From sequence record PQ330092.1: a stretch of DNA of 64,000 nucleotides; one strand, 5' to 3'. This document shows, piece by piece, positions 59,369-64,000 of the stretch. The notes under the pieces were generated by a model, which was not told the origin of the DNA, did not search any database, and worked only from the letters and a program-made list of their open reading frames with translations. The stretch's first letter is position 1; each line of letters starts with the position of its first letter. A program made the position numbers and the translations under genes.

Positions 59369-59554
59369 ATGCATAAAGAATTCTACTTAAGCCATCTCGA
59401 TCTAAACTCCCAAATGCTTATACCACTAATCCCAATAGATATCAAGGATAAGAAAAATACCGAACAATTCATTTACCATACACAGTGTGCGATCACCCCA
59501 AATTACATTCCATATGAATTGTACTACATTATCGCCCTAATATATAGGTACTAA
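59369..59554 (+). CDS. array microprotein 16
   Basis: MHKEFY..ALIYRY. Confidence 0.78.
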   Translation: MHKEFYLSHLDLNSQMLIPLIPIDIKDKKNTEQFIYHTQCAITPNYIPYELYYIIALIYRY

Positions 59555-59555
59555 T

Positions 59556-59741
59556 ATGCATAGAGAATACTACACACAATTTGTTAAAGGGAACTACAAA
59601 TGTGCCGTACCCAGAACCCCTTTAAATTCTCATGACCCAAGTACTATATTCTTGTTTAATGACGCAATACGTACAGTACTCAATACTAAAGATGAAGATG
59701 TGCAGTACGTATTCTTACTATTACTTATATACAGACACTAA
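59556..59741 (+). CDS. array microprotein 17
   Basis: MHREYY..LLIYRH. Confidence 0.78.
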   Translation: MHREYYTQFVKGNYKCAVPRTPLNSHDPSTIFLFNDAIRTVLNTKDEDVQYVFLLLLIYRH

Positions 59742-59746
59742 CTAAT

Positions 59747-59956
59747 ATGAATAAAGAACATAAAGAATTCTACTCCAAATACATAAGCCCCTCAGAACAA
59801 ATGTTTCTAAGGACTACTCCACCTTTAAGTACTAATACATTTTTCGGCAGAGTATGCTACAATAATTGTATTCAAATGACTTTAAACGCAAATGAAGATG
59901 GTAACAGTACTAACCTGTACTCAGGTATCATAGGTATACTATTCCTGTATGAATAA
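59747..59956 (+). CDS. array microprotein 18
   Basis: Near-duplicate of 56166..56375. Confidence 0.78.
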   Translation: MNKEHKEFYSKYISPSEQMFLRTTPPLSTNTFFGRVCYNNCIQMTLNANEDGNSTNLYSGIIGILFLYE

Positions 59957-60137
59957 TTACAAAGACTTCTATTTGAATACACTACCTACTGTACTTTCTC
60001 TAAGTGCTCAATGTAAAATCCCGCTGGATAATGCTTACGCCAGATATAGCTATTCCATAACTGTTAATCGATGTATAGAGAATCATTGCAGTACTAACCA
60101 GTACTATAACATAATCCTACTTATATTCAGGTACTAA
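59949..60137 (+). CDS. array microprotein 19
   Basis: YKDFY..ILLIFRY. Confidence 0.78.
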   Translation: MNNYKDFYLNTLPTVLSLSAQCKIPLDNAYARYSYSITVNRCIENHCSTNQYYNIILLIFRY

Positions 60138-60138
60138 T

Positions 60139-60321
60139 ATGAATACTGAACATAAAGAATTCTATATACGAAAACTAACATTCGTCCCCGTAAGAATATA
60201 TAAAGAATGCGACCCAAGATTATACCTATGGCACTTCAATGAGTGCATAAAAGATTCTATATACCATAAGAACTATAAAGAACAATTGTGCTCAGTACTA
60301 ACACTAGTACTATCATATTAA
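60139..60321 (+). CDS. array microprotein 20
   Basis: HKEFY..FNECI. Confidence 0.75.
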   Translation: MNTEHKEFYIRKLTFVPVRIYKECDPRLYLWHFNECIKDSIYHKNYKEQLCSVLTLVLSY

Positions 60322-60336
60322 TTAATAGAGAATACT

Positions 60337-60528
60337 ATGTATAAAAACTTCTATATAAGTAAACTAAAAGAAAATGAACAAGTATGGATTAGATCTATAA
60401 TTCCACTGGCATTTAATAGATATGCATTTAACAGATGTACCGAGATTGCTATAGACCCTTATAATATCAAAGAGAATGTACAGTATAATCAGTACTACTA
60501 TATCTTAATGCTTATATATAGGAAGTAA
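60337..60528 (+). CDS. array microprotein 21
   Basis: YKNFY..FNRC..LMLIYRK. Confidence 0.75.
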   Translation: MYKNFYISKLKENEQVWIRSIIPLAFNRYAFNRCTEIAIDPYNIKENVQYNQYYYILMLIYRK

Positions 60529-60545
60529 TTAAACACAAGTAGACA

Positions 60546-60630
60546 GGGGAAGCTCCTAGTGAACAACCTTTATGTACAGGCGAATTGTTAAAATTCAGCC
60601 TGGACAAATGCGATCACTAGGATTCTCCCC
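60546..60630 (+). ncRNA. candidate structured RNA / long hairpin
   Basis: GGGGA..TCCTAGTGA / TCACTAGGA..TCCCC with inner CAGGCGAATT / AATTCAGCCTG. Confidence 0.4.
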
Positions 60631-61156
60631 AGGCTAAACCCAGTAATCATAGGTAGTCATAAGTAATCATATATAAACATTTATATGAGCACCGTAGAAT
60701 CACAGAATGATTATATATGATTCAGTACTGATTAGTATAGACAAGAATGCTCAAGAATGCACGGGAAGGATTCAGTACTGATATGCCACTAAGTAGGCAG
60801 AGGAAGTCTGCCGTACTTTGTAGTTTCCAAGCTCCTTTTCCATTTTGCAAATTACATCAAATGTAATCAAAAGTAATCACGCAATGATTAGTACTGAATT
60901 ATTACTTTCACCTTAATTACAATTACCCTTTTACCCTTCGGGGTAAAATTCAATTACCCCTTGAGGCTCCAGCAAAAAGTTGGTTAGTACTCCATCCTAA
61001 ATCTCGATCCTAAAAATTTTGGAGTACCTATGAAATAAAAGTTGGATCTTCGAAAGTTGAAATTTACGTTGGGACGTTTATGATTTGTGGGATATAATGA
61101 TGTTTGTAGACGGGTAGTTCTCAAGAATATCAGTACTGAATGGTGAAAGAAAGTTA

Positions 61157-61290
61157 TTGACATTATGATTCAGTACTGTATAATGTTCTACATAGAGAGA
61201 TGAGTTGCTGCGAACAATTCATTTACTCTACCTCCTGTCGTGAGACAGTACAGAAAAGATAGTTCCTCCTGTGGTGGTACATCTTTTTGA
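61157..61290 (+). ncRNA. promoter-driven candidate sRNA
   Basis: TTGACA-16-TATAAT; three hairpins incl. GTGA tetraloop; two CCTCCTGT; no ORF. Confidence 0.5.
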
Positions 61291-61574
61291 ACCTCATATG
61301 AAAATTGTAATAACAGTACTGATATTAACAGAATGGTGTCAGTACTGATTTTAATCTAAAGCATTATGCCACCAGCACAAGCTGGTGGATTCCCTCTAAC
61401 AGTATTCAGTACTACATGATAGTCTTCATCCTCCTAGGGTAACATAGTGAGGGCTATGATGGCAGTACTGAATACTCCCTTTCAAAAGATAGATCTATGG
61501 TATAGTACTGACGGATTTTGGGTGTAGTTACCCTGGATGGATTTTGGACGTAGATATGTCTAGCCCTCCAGAAG

Positions 61575-61700
61575 TCTGGAAGTAAAGATGGCTATCCATC
61601 TAGACGGCTAAACGGCTAGATTTCTGGATGGCTGGATGGCTAGACGTTTGGACGGCTAAACGGCTAGATGGTTACACGTCTGGAAGTATAGACGGCTAAA
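61575..61700. repeat. iteron-like short repeats
   Basis: GACGGCTAAACGGCTAGA at 61603 and 61651; eight (C/T)GGCT units. Confidence 0.75.
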
Positions 61701-62315
61701 TCAAAATTTTATTTTGTTTTTCCAATAGTTCCCCTACCGCGTGGGGATAGTTTCCCCGCAGTATCTGTAGTTAGATTTTTCTGAATCTGGAATCATTATC
61801 TTATAAACTGGGGGCAATGTCAACGACCTGGCCGGATATTTTTAAAAATTTTTTCAGTACTGAATTTTGGGCGTAACTATGCACCCGGTGGGCTTGAGTC
61901 TTTCTCGACTTGATGGAACTATTATACAGTACTGGAAAAATAAAGCAATACCCTGGATGAAAAAAGTTTTAATTAATTTGCTTGCCATCCTGGGCCGGAC
62001 TATGGTACTATATTTCAGTACTGAGAAAGTGCGTTTACCTGCTAGGGTGCGGGAGTGTATCCTTTTTTTATATCTTGAATTTTGGGCGTAATTCCGCACC
62101 CTCTGGGGTTTCCGCTTTCTCGCGTCTATGTAGTAATTATACGCTTTTTCAGGATCAAGTCAATACCTAAAAACAAAATAATTGAAAATAATTTAACGCG
62201 TTTAAACGGCCTGTAAAGCCCTGGAATGATTGGAATGGTGCAAATGTATAGCTTATGTGTATTAATGCGTTAGAATGCGTCTGAGGCCGTTTTATGGGGT
62301 GTAGTAGTGATTTGG

Positions 62316-62408
62316 TTGATTCAGTACTGAATAATAGTACTCCTATATAGAAAGATAGTTCCCCTGGATTGATTCAGTACTGAATAATAGTACTCCTATA
62401 TAGAAAGA
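62316..62408. repeat. perfect 40-bp direct repeat (two copies)
   Basis: TTGATTCAGTACTGAATAATAGTACTCCTATATAGAAAGA at 62316 and 62369. Confidence 0.9.
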
Positions 62409-62432
62409 AAACTATTTTAAAAGTATTTGTAG

Positions 62433-62498
62433 AAAGTACTTGCACCGTACTGATAAAAGCGTATAATGTTTTACATCGAGAGCGGGAACACTTCCCGC
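62433..62498 (+). promoter_or_regulatory. early promoter-leader cassette, copy 1
   Basis: AAAGTACTTGCA..GCGTATAATGTTTTACATC + GCGGGAA-cac-TTCCCGC. Confidence 0.8.
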
Positions 62499-62522
62499 TA
62501 CACATTAAGAGAGATTAAAACG

Positions 62523-62885
62523 ATGGCGACTCAAATCAATAAAATCATGCTTAACCTGGTAAACTTCCGCGAAGAGATGAAAGGTCTTCCGGCTGAAACT
62601 GTAAAAATTCACATTGCAGCTTATCGGGAACTTATTGCAATGTTGCCGCTTAAGCGTGAACAATACGCCGCTACTTTGATGCTTGATTCAATGATCCATA
62701 TAATGATCTCAAATGATTTAACGATGGTTTATCAGTACATGGGCGAAAATTTCGCGGTGTGTAGTAAGCCAGTACCAGGGATGGCAACTACTGAGGAATT
62801 GCACGGTTTAAATTTAAAGCAAGATGCATGGGATAATATGCCTCGTTTCCTGGTATGGGCTGACAGTGGCAAAATTTACAAATAA
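62523..62885 (+). CDS. early hypothetical protein
   Basis: ATG 62523 after GAGAG; MATQINK. Confidence 0.78.
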   Translation: MATQINKIMLNLVNFREEMKGLPAETVKIHIAAYRELIAMLPLKREQYAATLMLDSMIHIMISNDLTMVYQYMGENFAVCSKPVPGMATTEELHGLNLKQDAWDNMPRFLVWADSGKIYK

Positions 62886-62892
62886 GTTTAAT

Positions 62893-62958
62893 AAAGTACT
62901 TGCAAACTAAGTTTAAAAGCGTATAATGTTTTACATCAGGTGGGGAATAGTTCCCCAC
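62893..62958 (+). promoter_or_regulatory. early promoter-leader cassette, copy 2
   Basis: TTGCAA-16-TATAAT, GTTTTACATC, GTGGGGAA-tag-TTCCCCAC. Confidence 0.8.
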
Positions 62959-62977
62959 TATATAAGAGGATTAAAAA

Positions 62978-63217
62978 ATGGCTAAATCAAAAATGTTCTT
63001 AGGTCACAAAAACAAAACTCATTGGAATGTAAGCCTTTGGATTAATAACGATGAATCATTATACCGGTTGGCCCAGGACTTTATTAACGATAGCACTAAT
63101 CGCAATGATGCGGCCCGTCATATGATGTTATTTTTAGAACAGACTGGACAAGATAAAACACCGGACGGATTCAAATATAGCACTACTGCGATCCGTGCGG
63201 CGATGGTTGGAATGTAA
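62978..63217 (+). CDS. early hypothetical protein
   Basis: GAGGA SD; WNVSLWINND..TPDG motif resembles small phage early proteins (from memory). Confidence 0.8.
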   Translation: MAKSKMFLGHKNKTHWNVSLWINNDESLYRLAQDFINDSTNRNDAARHMMLFLEQTGQDKTPDGFKYSTTAIRAAMVGM

Positions 63218-63305
63218 TAGAATAGAATTTATTTAAAGTACTATTGCACGCTGATAGTACTTTATAATAGTGTTTTATTCATACACCAACGATAAGGGCA
63301 ACAGC

Positions 63306-63572
63306 ATGAATATTAAGTATTTTGCGACGCGTGAACAAGCTCGGATCGCCGCACGCCAGGACGGGGCAACGTTTAAAGATATGGGCGTACAATCGGAACG
63401 TGGTAAACGTTGGGCCATTGTAAAGCGTAGTACCGCCAGATCATTACAGTACTGGTTAGCGGCCTTAAAAAGTCCCGATAGTGTATCGCGTCGAGTGGTA
63501 GAAATAAAGCTCGACCGAAAGGGCAACCGCGTGACCGTGTACCGTACTAAAAAGATTGCAGTACTTGAATAA
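63306..63572 (+). CDS. early hypothetical basic protein
   Basis: ATG 63306 after AAGGG; MNIKYFATRE. Confidence 0.75.
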   Translation: MNIKYFATREQARIAARQDGATFKDMGVQSERGKRWAIVKRSTARSLQYWLAALKSPDSVSRRVVEIKLDRKGNRVTVYRTKKIAVLE

Positions 63573-63638
63573 AAAGTACTTGCAAACTATGTTTAAAGGC
63601 GTATAATGTTTTACATCGAGAGCGGGAACTCTTCCCGC
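63573..63638 (+). promoter_or_regulatory. early promoter-leader cassette, copy 3
   Basis: TTGCAA-16-TATAAT, GTTTTACATC, GCGGGAA-ctc-TTCCCGC. Confidence 0.8.
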
Positions 63639-63659
63639 CTATAACCTGGAGTAATAAAA

Positions 63660-63890
63660 ATGACTAATATGTATATGACTGAAGTTAAAACCGTAAAAGA
63701 TACTACCACGAATAAAACTACTTACTTACAGCGGATCTGTGGTGTATGGCAACGTATCAGCAAATCAAAGTACTTTAAATTAACATCATATGCCAATCGT
63801 TCGGATTCATTCAGTACTGAAATAAAAGGTAATAAAGTACACCAATACGGCACTTATTATTATTATAGCCTGGACGCGATTGTAGTATAA
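63660..63890 (+). CDS. early hypothetical protein (76 aa)
   Basis: GGAG SD. Confidence 0.78.
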   Translation: MTNMYMTEVKTVKDTTTNKTTYLQRICGVWQRISKSKYFKLTSYANRSDSFSTEIKGNKVHQYGTYYYYSLDAIVV

Positions 63891-63920
63891 GTAGTTTACA
63901 AATCTTTACAATTGCCAGTA

Positions 63921-63949
63921 TTGACTTATTTTGTCAGTACTGGCATAAT
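63921..63949 (+). promoter_or_regulatory. sigma70-type promoter
   Basis: TTGACT-17-CATAAT with CAGTACTG in the spacer. Confidence 0.7.
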
Positions 63950-64000
63950 GTATTCATTGGCAGATAAGCCGTAGCCCATAGGGTGCGGAAGTGTATCTAT

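Noticed and set aside
55737-60528. Microprotein junction repeats as a CRISPR or mini-array
   Set aside because: Units are ~190-bp open reading frames with protein-level conservation, not repeat-spacer units.
61854-62170. Track ORFs 61854..62099, 61867..62091, 61982..62170
   Set aside because: Mutually overlapping, weak starts, spanning promoter and structured elements.

Overview
A 64 kb segment of an AT-rich lytic jumbo-phage genome. By inference it belongs to the enterobacterial RaK2/GAP32/121Q/PBECO4-like myoviruses, judged from gene style, T4-type TA(T)AAATA late boxes and paralog arrays; this was not checked by a search. 1-40.9 kb: dense + strand accessory/early genes with two tRNAs (Asn, Thr), a sigma70-family factor, denV, a T7 gp0.7-like kinase plus a minimal kinase, an HslV/proteasome-like Ntn protein, HNH and Vsr/Hef-like nucleases, an AAA ATPase and arrays of small membrane paralogs. 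40.9-55.7 kb: a - strand array of 13 cassettes sharing a terminator/late-box/RBS/MLPFxRMxKYGN leader. Ten are intact RCC1-like propellers, one is frameshifted, one internally collapsed and one glycine-rich. 55.7-60.5 kb: a + strand array of 21 paralogous ~60-aa microproteins. 60.5-62.4 kb: ORF-poor DNA with short repeats, orphan promoters and structured RNA candidates. 62.4-64 kb: repeated early promoter-leader cassettes. Window-wide features are a strongly over-represented (C)AGTACT(G) palindrome, a fused terminator-promoter repeat, and a ~490-nt structured intergenic RNA candidate behind the sigma gene. No CRISPR array, reverse transcriptase, integrase or transposase was seen. All calls are by eye, without searches.
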